This document shows positions 13,171 to 25,446 of a DNA stretch of 64,000 nucleotides, piece after piece. The position numbers and the translations under genes are program-made. Source of the DNA: Phoronis australis (taxonomy: Eukaryota > Animalia > Phoronida); assembly GCA_002633005.1 (NCBI GenBank), contig NMRA01000581.1:96762-160761 (forward strand), in the 5' to 3' direction. Every line of letters starts with the position of its first letter. Positions within the stretch are counted from its first letter, which is position 1. The notes under the pieces were generated by a model. It ran no database searches, had not been told where the DNA came from, and saw only the letters and a program-made list of their open reading frames with translations.

Positions 13171-14001
13171 GTCACGCGCATAAAGTCTGCAGTTTAACTT
13201 TACTCTCATGACCGCACCCAGACTAAAACATGGGGGGGGGCTTGAATTGGTGAGAATGTGCACCTTTCACTAAAATTCACAGGGAACGTAGTTCTTGACT
13301 TTTTAGTGGACTTTGTGTCGTGTTCTAATTTTTTCGGAGTTTTTGTTTCTCTGAGGCTGACAATTTCGCCAAAGGAGCCCCCGCCACCCTGTGGGTGACT
13401 CGATTAAAGCAGTTAATTAAGAAAACCTATGATCCAAGAGATGGTTTCTAAATAGACACGCTAGACAAGCGAAATACATCTAGTCAAGAACAAGACACTA
13501 AATATGTACAGAGATGAATGTACAGACGCTTGCAGACACCATTACACATGACAATTAAGCTACTGGTTCCACTAGTGACAAGAGAATGTTCTCGCAGTTC
13601 AAGTAAACCGGGGTTCTGATGTGCATTTGCAAGCGAGGTCTGCCTCCAACTGACATCTTTTTCCACTCCGTTTTATTAAATTTCTAGTTATTAGTGACAA
13701 AGTTATGACTGATACAATATTATAGCTTAGCTTGGCACTAGCCCGATTCTTGGTAGTGCAGCGTATAGTAATTTCACGTGATTTCACGTACGGGCTAACA
13801 GTTTTAATTTTACATGTTATTATCGTCTAGATGCCCTTTTGTTGATAGCGACCACTAAGCGGTGGATGGAAGAGATCAACACTAAAAATGGCGACCTAGT
13901 CAGTACATGTAGAAATCCACTGTATATTCATTTAAGTTCGTTTAAAACAACACCAAGAACGTAAGTCAGGAATGGAAAGTAGATTAGAAACTGCTACGTG
14001 C

Positions 14002-14182
14002 CTGAAATCCATCGTAAGTCCAACTGCCAAACTTCATTCGACATTCTTGATCATCAAAAGGAAAGTAGGTGATGTCAACTTTACACGAACTGCGTATTTT
14101 AGCTGGGGGTGGCCAAAACACGTTGCCTTGGTAATCTATCATTGCTTTGCTCTTCATGTAACCGCTAGTGAATTCATCAGCA
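14002..14182 (-). CDS. nAChR exon 4 (loop E, Cys-loop, loop B); absent from the ORF track
   Basis: Acceptor tattccag|T, 181 nt. Encodes (S)[60 protein letters not shown]; ends at the non-canonical donor CAG|gcacgt. Confidence 0.96.
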
Positions 14183-15270
14183 CTGGAATAGTTGAGAGAA
14201 CATGCATTTTAAGTAAAACTGTACCTTCCGTACATGTTTTTGTTGTAACATGTAGCTAGTGCATCACTAGAACACCTCAGTAAATCTATACATTCTAATT
14301 AACTTACGTTTTACGACGCACTCAATATAATTAACCATCAACAAAACGATTCACTATATTTTCCAGCTCATAACCGCACAACATGTTTACTACAAATGTC
14401 CAAGCCAAGACATGGGCAATGACACCCGACGATCATCTTGCTTTCCTGAACAGAGCCACTCATGTCCAGAGGTGGTGCTGTGACATAGGGAGTGTACCGG
14501 GTGCACATATGCAGTCCTACATAACGCTACACATACAGTTCCACCACGAAGGTCATTCTCGGCAATTTCCGACTGACGTTGCCCATCTTTCCAGAGATTA
14601 CATTGTTCTGAATGCTTACATTTTGAAAATATTTTGTATTGTATTTTCCCTGCAGTCGTAATGAATGGATTTGCGTTTAGTTCCTGTGTCTTGATCATGC
14701 TCCCACAATCGAGGCACATACGTCGAACATAAATATTATTACGTGAATACAATTCAAGCGCAGTCTTTCGGAATTGGACAATATTATCACCCTGCCTAGC
14801 TCTGTGTTTGTGTTGCTATGTGTACAGAATATCTAATATTGCCATGTAATTTATGAGGTTGGTGCACATTAGTCGAAAATGCCTATCTCAAGCTTCTGGT
14901 CGAGTCATTGACCTTGCAGGGCCTGTTTGGTAACCTGAGAGTTGACTTTGGACAGATGGTAGCTGTTTAGTCATTTCTATAGTACGATAAACTGATTCAG
15001 ACTTCTGACTGCTTAAAATTCACTAAACTGGAGTGATTTCTACTATTTACATGCATCTACGTTTACTAGCAGTGCAAGTTGCTTTGGATGAGCGGTAACC
15101 CACAAACCTTTATGTGTGGGGCGTCTCACGGTATCCGTAAAAAGGTCAAGTGACCTATCGCCAGGATTTTGAGTGACGGCTTAACTGACTAATCAGAACG
15201 CAACATTCTTGACACACCTTCGTTTCCAAGCCGCCATTTTAATCCGACAAACAACACGTTGCCGGTACTA

Positions 15271-17139
15271 GGCCATAGTCCATTCGACTCTGGAAGCCTA
15301 GAAAATCACTTCCGTGGCTACTTTTGGAGGGCAAGATAATTTTGGTGTTTTTAAGGTCATTAAGTACTATACTTTAAGAATCTAAAAGTAAAAGTTGCCA
15401 AAGTTTGACTTGCACGTTTTCAGGAAATTTGACCTATACTCTCTGACTTTTTGCAAAATTTGGCATAGAAAACCAAACTTCAAAAACCAACAAAACTAGA
15501 CCCAAAAAGAATAATAATTTGATTGGGTTTTGATCATTTGAAGTAACTGGGCAAGAAAAGTGATAAATAATATGACATTCTATGGAAAATTGCTCAAAAA
15601 ACATGCGCGCACCCAGCCTTCAATATGGGGGGCTCAAATTCTTTGCGATGCGGACCTTTCACTAACAAATTAGTCAGTCGGCTAAAAAAGAACCACTGTC
15701 GGAGCTGAACGTGCTGTGAATTGTGGGTTTGTTGCACCTTTTTAGTGGAATTTTATCTCGTTTTCTCGGACTTCTTGTATCTTGTCCACTTCGCCAAAAT
15801 GGGGGGCTCGTTCGTTTTTAGCAGCGCCACTCGTTGGCCAGAAAACAAACTACTATATTCTGAATTATCAGAAATTCTAATGTTAGCCATTTGGAATTTA
15901 ATAAAGATTTGATATCGCAACCTACATATGAGCAGCACACATTTCCAACGTTTCTGCAGTGAGTTCACGCTTTGTATGTTTGTTCATCCACTTCATTGTT
16001 TCAATTCATCATTTTGGTCATCAAATGTTGTTTCTTGAGACACCGGGTTCACAATCTCGGCAGTCACACAACTTTGAACATGGCATGACCGACTTCAAAC
16101 AAGAGCACATTTTTGTACTACAACCACTCTTTTGATATTTGCAATTAACATTTTTCATGACATTTTCTGGGGCTAAAGGCTGAGTCATCCAGTGGAAATT
16201 CAGACTACTCTACTCCAAAAGCCACCCGTTACCAACTGGAGATGGTGCACTGACATGCTGTTGCAAGGCTCGTTTGTGAATTGCACTCTGGTATGTAGCA
16301 GCAAACAATTATGATTGGGAGACAGAGATGATTCCAACACAGATTTCAACCTGAATATGTGGTAGCATGCTTTCCTGTTGATGATGAGTCGCCGTACAGC
16401 TTGCAATCAAACTGTTCAATGTTTTCCATGAGTTGACCAGGAAACGCAAAGTAATGTTGAGTCCAACTTTACTGACAAAGATTTAAAAGTATCTCTGCAA
16501 GCCGGCACCCTACCCGGAATAAAATTTTTGTCAACCAGAATAGCGTTTCATCTAAACACTTCATACTTGTTACAGTAATCTTTTTTACTGAAACAGATAA
16601 CCAAAATGCTCTTCATTTCAGCACAGTATGACCAACAAGTGAAATTTTATTTTGTCAAGTGATCAGCAGAAGTAAGCATTAAGAGAAATGAGCAACATCA
16701 CTAGAAATTGATTGCACCGGCGTCTTATTTACCATGGAGCTAAAATTTCTTTTGACGATTCCTGGTTTAGATAGCACATAACTGGAAAAGTAAAATCAGT
16801 GGCCAAGCCATCAGGATAGCATCAGTTGACTGTCGTCTGATGAACGCTTTCATGAAGCAGATAACTTGGGAAAGGAAGAGATACGGACACAATATTTTCC
16901 TGGCATTTCATTGGCTGTTCTGATCATTTTGCACTGAAACCTGGTGGCATATTAGTTTAGGCTAAATTTTTCCAACTTTATATCAAAATTATTTTTAAAC
17001 GTGCAAGTGTATTCTTTGGAACTTTTTTGAAATTGACTTTTGAACATCTGTAGATGGGTTTAATGCAAAGTTCCCGTTGCCCCCCAAAAGTAGCCACGGA
17101 GGTGAAAGATAGGAGAGCCGGGCCTATGGGACTATGGCC
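15271..17139 (-). mobile_element. Degenerate, internally deleted Academ-like DNA transposon in nAChR intron 3
   Basis: Diverged TIRs ggccatagtcc...ccgtggctacttttgg / ccaaaagtagccacgg...ggactatggcc. Minus-strand remnant IHKRALQQHVSAPSPVGNGW...HWMTQPLAPENVMKNVNCKYQKSGCSTKMCSCLKSVMPCSKLCDCRDCE matches the CXC/Cys8 C-terminus of XPG-containing Academ proteins. Confidence 0.7.
15605..15835. mobile_element. MITE nested in the Academ-like element; related copies near 530-700 and 13230-13400
   Basis: Shared blocks such as ttttagtgga, ttcgccaaa and G/C runs recur at the three loci. Confidence 0.4.
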
Positions 17140-17712
17140 AATAAAACTTATTGTTTGATTGTCATCGACAATTCGCAAGGAGGCGGAGCTTGCGATAGGC
17201 CAATTGCAAGTCTTAACTGGTTGATAGTGACTTCCGGTGCTGGAAACGACTGATGGAAGCACCGACAGTCGACAGTGATCGCGGTTTTGGGGAAGATACT
17301 GTTACGTATACGTGAAAAGCAAAACTGAACAAGATTACCATGTGAGCGACTTTTTAAAATAGATGTTGAGGCGTTTTTAATTTTATATAAATGAATAAGA
17401 AATTGAAAAATAAGTTACTAAGGATAAGTGAAAGATGCACGACAAGTCGGAAATAACTGGGTTAAGAAATTCGCTTCCGCAAGATGCCGTTGAGTGAAGC
17501 TTATTCGCATGCGATTGTATGGAAGCATTTGGCCAAAAATTTGAAAAGGGCGTTCTTTCGGTTAAATGAGCATGGGCCAAAATCGAAACATACATGGTAA
17601 TGAGGCAATTAGACGAACAGTTATGTTGATGGCTTCATGGTTACGCACGTTATGTCTTATTTTTAGCCTCCATCTTTTGTTTTCTTAGCAAAGCGACAAA
17701 TTCTTGCGTCAC

Positions 17713-17867
17713 CTGTTGTAAAGCACTATATCCGGTAGCCATATCTTGTTGCACGGTACCCGCAGTTTCTTCAAGCCGTTGTAGTCGTCCGGGTTCCAAT
17801 GCAGTCTCTCGTCCACCCAGTCTTGTTCTAACCAGACATTTGTTGTCAAGATCTGATTGACCTCATC
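17713..17867 (-). CDS. nAChR exon 3 (beta2/loop D to loop A); absent from the ORF track
   Basis: Acceptor ttttttctccaag|GAT and donor ACAG|gtgacg, 155 nt, phase 0/2. Encodes [51 protein letters not shown](S). Confidence 0.97.
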
Positions 17868-20294
17868 CTTGGAGAAAAAACGGTGAATTAGCGGTGATAG
17901 AAACTTGTACAGTCAATGCCATCCACAAGCGATGTTTATAAATTTTTTTGTCGCCTTTCTATGAAATGACAGTAAAGCAGGAGCTGCGTTTCGTAGACCG
18001 CAAGATACAAGCTTGCACTTAAGGGGAAAATTTTCAGTTATGGAACGGAAATAGTACATTTAACCCCACAATTCAATATTGCAACCTCACCGACCAATCA
18101 GACTTCAGAGACCCCCAGTTTTCTAGAGTAGAGCTCCCAGACGAACTCGCAAAAACATTCGCGTGATTTTACGTGGTTTAGCGCGATCTTACTTTTCTAC
18201 GGAACACTCTCCTGCATAAATACGACCTCCATGGATCTTTGTTGTTTTGAACAAAGTTCCACTTCTAATATTGCGCACTCAGTATTCACATGCTTGAAAT
18301 TTCCCCTTACTTGGATAAAATATCTCAATGCCGGTGTACCCGACTCATGGCAGTTTTACCGAGCAACCTTCAACGGTAATTCAATGAGTTGCGCTCCCAA
18401 TAGCGAATGCAGTGCAAAGCAAAAATAGTTCCCTCGTATGCTCATTGTGAACAATGTAATAGTCACATACAAAGGCCCCGCAATTAGGATCACAAAGTGA
18501 AATGCATGTCTACACTACAGTACGTATAAAAAGTGAAACCTGAGATTGCGCTAATTGCAAGGTGGAATTAACGTCGATGGGAAAATTGCCTTCAACAAAT
18601 TCACTGAGCTTTGCAGGAATATGCTCACGTCATAGATAGTATAAAATATCACAGACAACGAATACGTAAATTATCAACCTGTAAAGTAAGCACTTCGAGA
18701 AGATATTGCTGTTACAACTTACAAATTGTGTTTTCTCAGATATAATAAACTCTAAATTGGTGTCGGTTCTGACATTATCGACCACAAGCCCAGCGCACAC
18801 GGTGCAATTTTTCGTGGCCCACAAAAAATCGTAGCGTGTCCACCCAGCTTTAAACAACAACATTGACAAACAGCGCATGCGATTGAGACACAACACGAAC
18901 ACTGACAAAGATCAATCAACACTGTACATGTAGCTATTATTTAAAAACATGAAAAGAATGTACACTTTGAAGTGAACAAAATGACACAGAACGAAAGGCT
19001 AGGACAGAATTAGGGTGTATAACTGTACTTTGATTTTTTCCCACAATCCCAACAACATAAGAGAATCATCATTCAGTGTAAGGCCGCGGATAATCGTGCT
19101 TTTGAGTAGGCCACGTCCGCATTCTCAGTGCGCACGTGATATTGTTCGAGAAAGAATGGGCGTCAAAACAGATCGTAAAGGAAGCAAAATTACGGCTTAA
19201 ATGTTTTATGTAGAATTCAAAACGCTAAAATTCGAGGTACTCAAAAACCAGAAAATTTACTCTAACGTATGAAAATTAGTAAACCGGAAAAGTAATCAAA
19301 GCATTTCGATCATAAAACTGACACCGTGCAACGAAGCAAATTCATTTTTGAAAAGATTTCAGTCATTAATTTTCTTGGAGCTGACTTTTCAGTAACGACT
19401 TCTGTCACAAGTGCCTTTATTTAGGCGTCTGTAACAGAAAAAAAACTAATTCGGTGACCCTACGTTTTCGCAGATTTGTAAGAAGCTAAGGCCAAAATAC
19501 AAAATATGAAATAAAAAATCAACGATAAATTAAATCTGTGTCGAACCCCATTAAATGTATCGGTATTGAAGTACACACCCAGTGACGCACTGATCACCTG
19601 TTGATTACTGTTGGTTTAAGAACTTATTCAGGCAGACTAGGCAAGCGACTTTTTGATTGCAATCTGTCTGGATTCCGCTGCGTGTAATGACATAATTAAA
19701 TCTGGCTATTATTGGGTGTAGCAGTAGAGTTAATATTTCGCAGATCCGCTTTCGCGGACAATAAGGTACTTGATTACACAGTGACAAAGAAACGTACTGT
19801 AATGTGAAGGGAAAAAAGCAACAATAAGGAAACGACTAAGGAAAAAATCGATTTTGAGCTCATCTTAACAAGCGACAGGGAGATTCGCCGTCTTTGTAAG
19901 AAAGGCTAGACTCGTATTAATGAAGCTCTTGCGCTGAAGTTGTCTTTGATTGCAGTAGCACTACGCCCACCGATAAATATGCGTGTTGCAACAATCACGC
20001 CAGTCTAAGTTGAACGACTTTTAGGCTTACGACCAATTCTGTGCATGCAATGAACACGGACAGGATTTCGTTTCGTGAAACGATCATTTAGCAAACGGAG
20101 ACTTGCAATATGCGAAGGTGACTGCTGATTTCTCTTTACGTGGCCTACGTCATTTTGATAATCATGACTCCCGGCCACGGAAAGTGATTGCTGAGACAGG
20201 GTTTAGGATTTGAAAGTGTACATTGTGAGGCGATTGTGACATGTTTAAACCAATATTTTCGAAATTGAGATTCATAACGCTAAATTGTCGTGAG

Positions 20295-20336
20295 AGACCG
20301 TCCGGAGTTGGTATATGGTGCAACTCCGGACGGTCT
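20295..20336. repeat. Perfect 16-bp inverted repeat with 10-nt loop
   Basis: agaccgtccggagttg-gtatatggtg-caactccggacggtct; a second 13-bp hairpin lies at 20453-20480. Confidence 0.85.
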
Positions 20337-22799
20337 GGACTCGACGGAATACCACAATTCTATTGTTAGTCAACAACAGTGTGATAAACGAGAGTAGTGC
20401 TACTTGCCGCGCCACCTGCAGGTTTCATCATCTTTTTTACGACACTGTTTTAACATTTACACGTTAAAACGTGTAAATGTGCAAAGCCTTTTCAAATTAG
20501 TGTACATAAGCCAGTGAAGCATGAGACCCCTGAGGTCCCTGTCAAGTCCTCACGACAATGCCATGTTATGTGTCGACACAGTATATCTTATGTCAATCCT
20601 ATAATATTCAAGATTAGATTGTACTCGTAATTTGGAACGCTTCCAAAAATGCCGTTATCGGTAATAATCCGATGACTTTCAACATACAAATCTATGTTTC
20701 CATGTTCCATCACTCGGGTAACAATTAAGTGTCCGGTGCGACAAACGTGCATTGGACAATAACACAGATCGTGCCCTCCCCACGTTCCCAATGTGTCAAA
20801 ACTAGCGGACCCAGGGTTTTTAAATGGGGTCGGACCAAAGATTTTTCTAAAAAGGGGGGTCCAAGTCATCAATTTGAAAATTCTAGAATTGATATCATTT
20901 AAATCAAGAGAAAAGTCTGGGAAAGGCCCGGTAAAGTTTTAGACTCACAACAGTTGTTCGATCTCTTAACACTGCTGTTGCACTAACTTAGAACTTGAAG
21001 TACCTCAAATCGAGGCTCTAGTGTCGAAACAGCTGTGATGGTCATACGATTATCTTTCATTTCATGTAACACATGTGTTACTCAGATATTTTTCCCAATG
21101 AATGACAACAAAGTTTGTAGACCTAACATAGCCACAGGAGGCATTATCGGTTATGAATGAACTCGCAATATTTTTTCATCAAATCCTTTTGTTCAGGCAC
21201 ACTACGACAAGCTACTGAAGTGAAAAATGGTGGAACCGTCCACGATAAAGAATGCGTTGCTGCTAGAGAAACCCCACGGTCTGCCTCCAGAATTACGCCA
21301 ATATGTTCTGCAAAAAATGTTGCGTAGCAGTGTTTCTAGAAATAAAAATCAAGAGCAAACTTTCCTAGCAATATGTCCCTGAGAAGGTGTTGCAAACTTT
21401 ATTCAGTATTTATTACTTCGTACATGTGCCGTATTGCCGAGCCATTAGGCCCTTGGGCGTCTGTGCAGAAATCCTCTTATATGCGAAACTTAGGGGCATG
21501 CGCCACTTGGACAAAAAGGCTGTGAAAGAGGCATTATTTTGGATACAGACCCACAGGCCTAAAGACAAGGGAATATGGTAAATGCTGTTTAGGAAAAGCA
21601 CGTCAATTTTTAAAGAGAAAACGGGTACGCCTACATGCCAATTAATGTATGGGCCTGTGCAGCGGACATTATCTGATCTTATATGCAAATCGTAGGTCGC
21701 AAAAAAGCCATTTTTGAATATAAGCCCATGGGCCAAAAGGCACAGAAATACGGTACGTTGGTACTCCTGTATGGCTATCAGGTCTTCATTGCAGGAATCC
21801 TTTGAATATTTTGAAAATACGACTATTTGAATTTTAAGGAAAGACATGTTGTTCGTGACATCGCATTTAAAACTGTTATAAATTCAGCGTCCGTAAAACA
21901 TTATTGAGGTAGTTGGGAAACATGTATAAAGCTGGTCTCAATCTGTTCCTTACTAAGATTAGAAGTAATATCTGGGTTTAGAAAGAACTGGCAGCGTCTT
22001 GTTGCCTGACTCGTGACTTGTTGCCTGACACGTGACTAAAACTGGTGTGTAACAGTGTGTACATTTATGGGCGGGTAACTGTCCAGGCCAATGTTTCGGA
22101 TATCATTTTCAGGATTTTATCGAGGGAAATTACAGATCTATTTATAAAATGTTATTTTTGATATTCAGAGCATTTTTTGAGAAAACAAATAGCTTTCCCA
22201 CTTAAAAAATCCAAAATGGCGATTTCCCCGTCATTCATAAAACTGAGTTTTTGTTGAGGCTTCTTTCAGAAGAAAAACAAAACACTTGTTATGCGAATCT
22301 TCCTTTAGTAATCCCCAGAAAGTTCTGACAAATAAATATTTGATAAAATGCGCTGAAAACGGACTGAAAACACAGATATTCACTTCATTCTTAATGATCA
22401 AATTCTGTTCAAAGCGTTTTTTTGATGCTAGCGGGAAGTCATTGGACATCCACACACTCACGACTTCGCAGACATTGGTTGGAGAACTCGTAGTACACCA
22501 TTCGGAAATGTTACAGGTACCAGAAACTGCTACCAAAATCTATTCAGGGAGGAAGGGAAACGAAATTTGTTTTTTTGCACACGCAGTACAAACCTTGAAA
22601 GAATTATGCTCAGCGATCAAAACAGCAGTCGCTAATGGGAGATAAATCCAATCACGACTGGAAATACTATTGAGTGAGTGCCACCTGTTAGGCAAATATC
22701 TCATTTTTTCAAAATTGCTTAGATTGTTTACTTTTTGTCAATAAAAGCACGGCCTCAGTGACTTTTAGACTTTACGTCAATTAAAACATCTCTTATAGC

Positions 22800-23250
22800 T
22801 GATTCCCACGCTGGCTAAACGCTAGCACTTTTGTTAGCAGCAAAAAACGTCTCAATGTGAACGGTCGAAAGGGTCAATTTTGCTGGCGCTTTGCAGATGG
22901 TTTGAGTTACCAAAAAACTACTGGCGTTTTTTGCTAGCACTTTTGTAGCCAGACCGCTTACTTCAAACGACACACATAATACGGTCTTTTTCTATTGTTA
23001 CACCAGTCAATAATTAAGGCACAGAGTGAACATGTTAAAAGCGAGGTGGTGAGGAAACGAACTGCCTGCTGACAAAAAACAAGTAATTACCACTTCACTG
23101 ACAGCTCATGTATCAGGCTAAAATCACAGCGTTTAGGCTAGCGTTATAGCCACTGAAACTGCTAGCATTTTCGCCCCTCACTGTGAACCTACACTGTTTC
23201 ACAGTGCTGCAGGTGGCGCTGTGTCAGAGTGTAAATGTGAACGGGGTGTG
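22800..23250. mobile_element. Dispersed repeat, likely a non-autonomous DNA transposon; second copy at about 49610-49960
   Basis: Collinear similarity, e.g. tagcagcaaaaa...aatgtgaacggYcgaaagg...tttgagttacc...gcacttttgtagccag in both copies. Confidence 0.7.
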
Positions 23251-23436
23251 AAAGAGTATAGATACCCCGGCAACTGTACTTGACACAGTTGAAAATAATC
23301 ATAGTTAAATAACTGTGTTCTCACACTAAATATTGTAGGCTGCAACAGACACCTTTGCTTCTCAACTACACGACAGCAAGACAGCTACAGTCACAGAACT
23401 CAAATGGTTAGTACGGATTGACGACCGGAGATGTAC

Positions 23437-23597
23437 CATGTCAATGATCGTTATTAACGCTAAGTTCAACACGATGACGGCGATGGCAGAAGAGTTAATG
23501 ACGGGTCTCGAGGCAGGTGTGTAACTGACGAACAGGTCTTCAAACAGCTTGTGCTCCTCTCCAACGAAGTTTTTTGACCGCGCTTTTCGAATGAAGG
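23437..23597 (-). CDS. nAChR alternative exon 2b (N-terminal helix, RPV motif, beta1)
   Basis: Acceptor ccattccaatgcag|CC and donor ATG|gtacat, 161 nt, phase 1/0, open frame. Encodes FIRKARSKNFVGEEHKLFEDLFVSYTPASRPVINSSAIAVIVLNLALITIIDM. Confidence 0.85.
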
Positions 23598-23941
23598 CTG
23601 CATTGGAATGGTAGTATGAAGAACGTACAATGACATATAATTGTAAGTCATGCAGATGGGCTTTTGTGCTGATCACTGCGATGTCGTGCCAGCACCGATT
23701 ACGTATACAAGTACGTCAGGCAGGTAAAATACGCGCGAGCATTGAATCGTACGCACGGACGTGTGCGTGGTCAGCACTAATCTCACCGCAAACCCTTTTG
23801 CGCGAACATAAACTGTCATCCGCGCAAGTATCGAATCGTCCGCGCCATGAATGTGGCTCGTATACATCTACATGTACATGTCAAGTCAGTAGTTCGTAAG
23901 AATGTTTGACCTTCATGCGTATGATTGCCTGGTACCCCTGT

Positions 23942-24038
23942 GTCACTTGCAGGGGGTCCCGCATTTTGAGAACCAGTTTCCTGTATTGAATAACAAACAT
24001 CAAACTGGTTATCAAAATGCGGGACCCTTTCAAGTGAC
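23942..24038. repeat. About 37-bp inverted repeat (hairpin or mini-MITE) between exons 2a and 2b
   Basis: gtcacttgcagggggtcccgcattttgagaaccagttt ... aaactggttatcaaaatgcgggaccctttcaagtgac. Confidence 0.85.
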
Positions 24039-24253
24039 TATATTTCGCTTGCGATAACTGAAAACTAGTAAAGAAACTTATGTGATGCGATTTGAGCAAA
24101 ACAAAATACGGGCTGTCCTATGTGATGTACACATTCCAATTTCATGGTAAGGAATTCGAGTAGAATTTTACAATCTCTAACTAGCCTTGGCGGAAGTGCA
24201 AAAATCATTTACAAATAAAAATCACGCTTATTTTGTAAATTCAATGTTGTTTT

Positions 24254-24385
24254 CAGTGGCGGACTTAAAGGGGGCCCTAAAATTCTCCCAGATTTCATTT
24301 GGCAGTGCGGGGGTGCGAATGTCTGAAGAGTAAAATCCTGGCTAATACTCTGCCCTGCCCCCTCAATATCCTGGATTCGCCCCTG
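24254..24385. mobile_element. CAGTGGCGGA-type MITE, same family as 49364-49522
   Basis: Ends cagtggcgga / gattcgcccctg; internal aaattctcccagatt...ggggtgcgaatgtctga...taatactctgccctg shared with the second copy. Confidence 0.75.
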
Positions 24386-25446
24386 AATCCAGTCCAGTTT
24401 ACTAAAGAAGATTCAATCCCTTTAATGCAATCATACGCCGTCTTGGTAATTGAGTATTGGATATTGAGTATTGGGTATCGAGTAAGTATCAGCCGATGGC
24501 TAATTTGTTTACAGTGCGAAAGTATCCGATGATAGATAAAATGTCCATCATTGGATTATTGAACATTCAGTCTCATAGTGTGAATTCACTTGTAACTTAA
24601 TAAGGTCAACCCTCTTTCGTAGAATAAGTCAAGAGGGACAAATCAAGCGAGTCTAAAAAATCAATATTGTCAATAATTAAGAGAAATGACCCAGTGCTAT
24701 TTATATCGGCGTAACAGTGCGTATTACAGGGCATGCTACTGTTGGTTTGTGTAATTTGTCAACCTATTATCAAGATTCATCGAGTTGTTAAACTCAATAG
24801 TGCCATAAAAATAATCCTGTCGGTGGGGAGCGAGGCTATAGTTTACTTAGTCCCCCTAGCCTCCTATGGTGCGCCGCCCATGTAATAATTAAATGTAGAT
24901 GGAATGCCCTATCAACAAAATCAATTCACTTTCATCCAGTCATTTCCCGTCGGGAAAGGTGCACCAAAATCACGAACAACATTTCGGGTATTTTCGTAGC
25001 CTCAAATTAATCCTCGGGGTGTTTCATATCTCAGTGCGCATGTGCGAACTTCAATCAGTCCATCTTAATTGTCACGTATCTCCCAAAATGGCCAAAGCCG
25101 TCGAATGCCCCAACGTCGCTAATGTTGACTGAATAATTATACGGTGGCCGGTTTGGTTTCAGCGTAGGTATTACGCTGAGAGACATCATACATGCTTGAT
25201 TTTTAAAAATGGACAATAAAGTGAAATTGAGTTCATCAAAAATTATTGAATTAACAAACTAGGATAGATTTTTATCTAAATAATTCATGCACATTCCGCT
25301 GGCCGCAATCGAATTAATGAAGACGAGATTTCCCGATCAAAATATACTCAACCGACTGGCACGACATCGCTACATTATGAAGGGTGGCCAAAGGAATCTG
25401 ACTCGTGGGAACCACAAAACTGACACCTGTCACATGGTTTACTTAC

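Noticed and set aside
14390-14752. 120-aa Cys-containing ORF in nAChR intron 3
   Set aside because: May be a decayed transposase zinc-ribbon fragment, but the resemblance is too weak to call and it has no nAChR similarity.
23780-23870. Possible separate first exon for exon 2b (donor gtgaga near 23785)
   Set aside because: The phase-1 frame has no nearby ATG or hydrophobic signal peptide.
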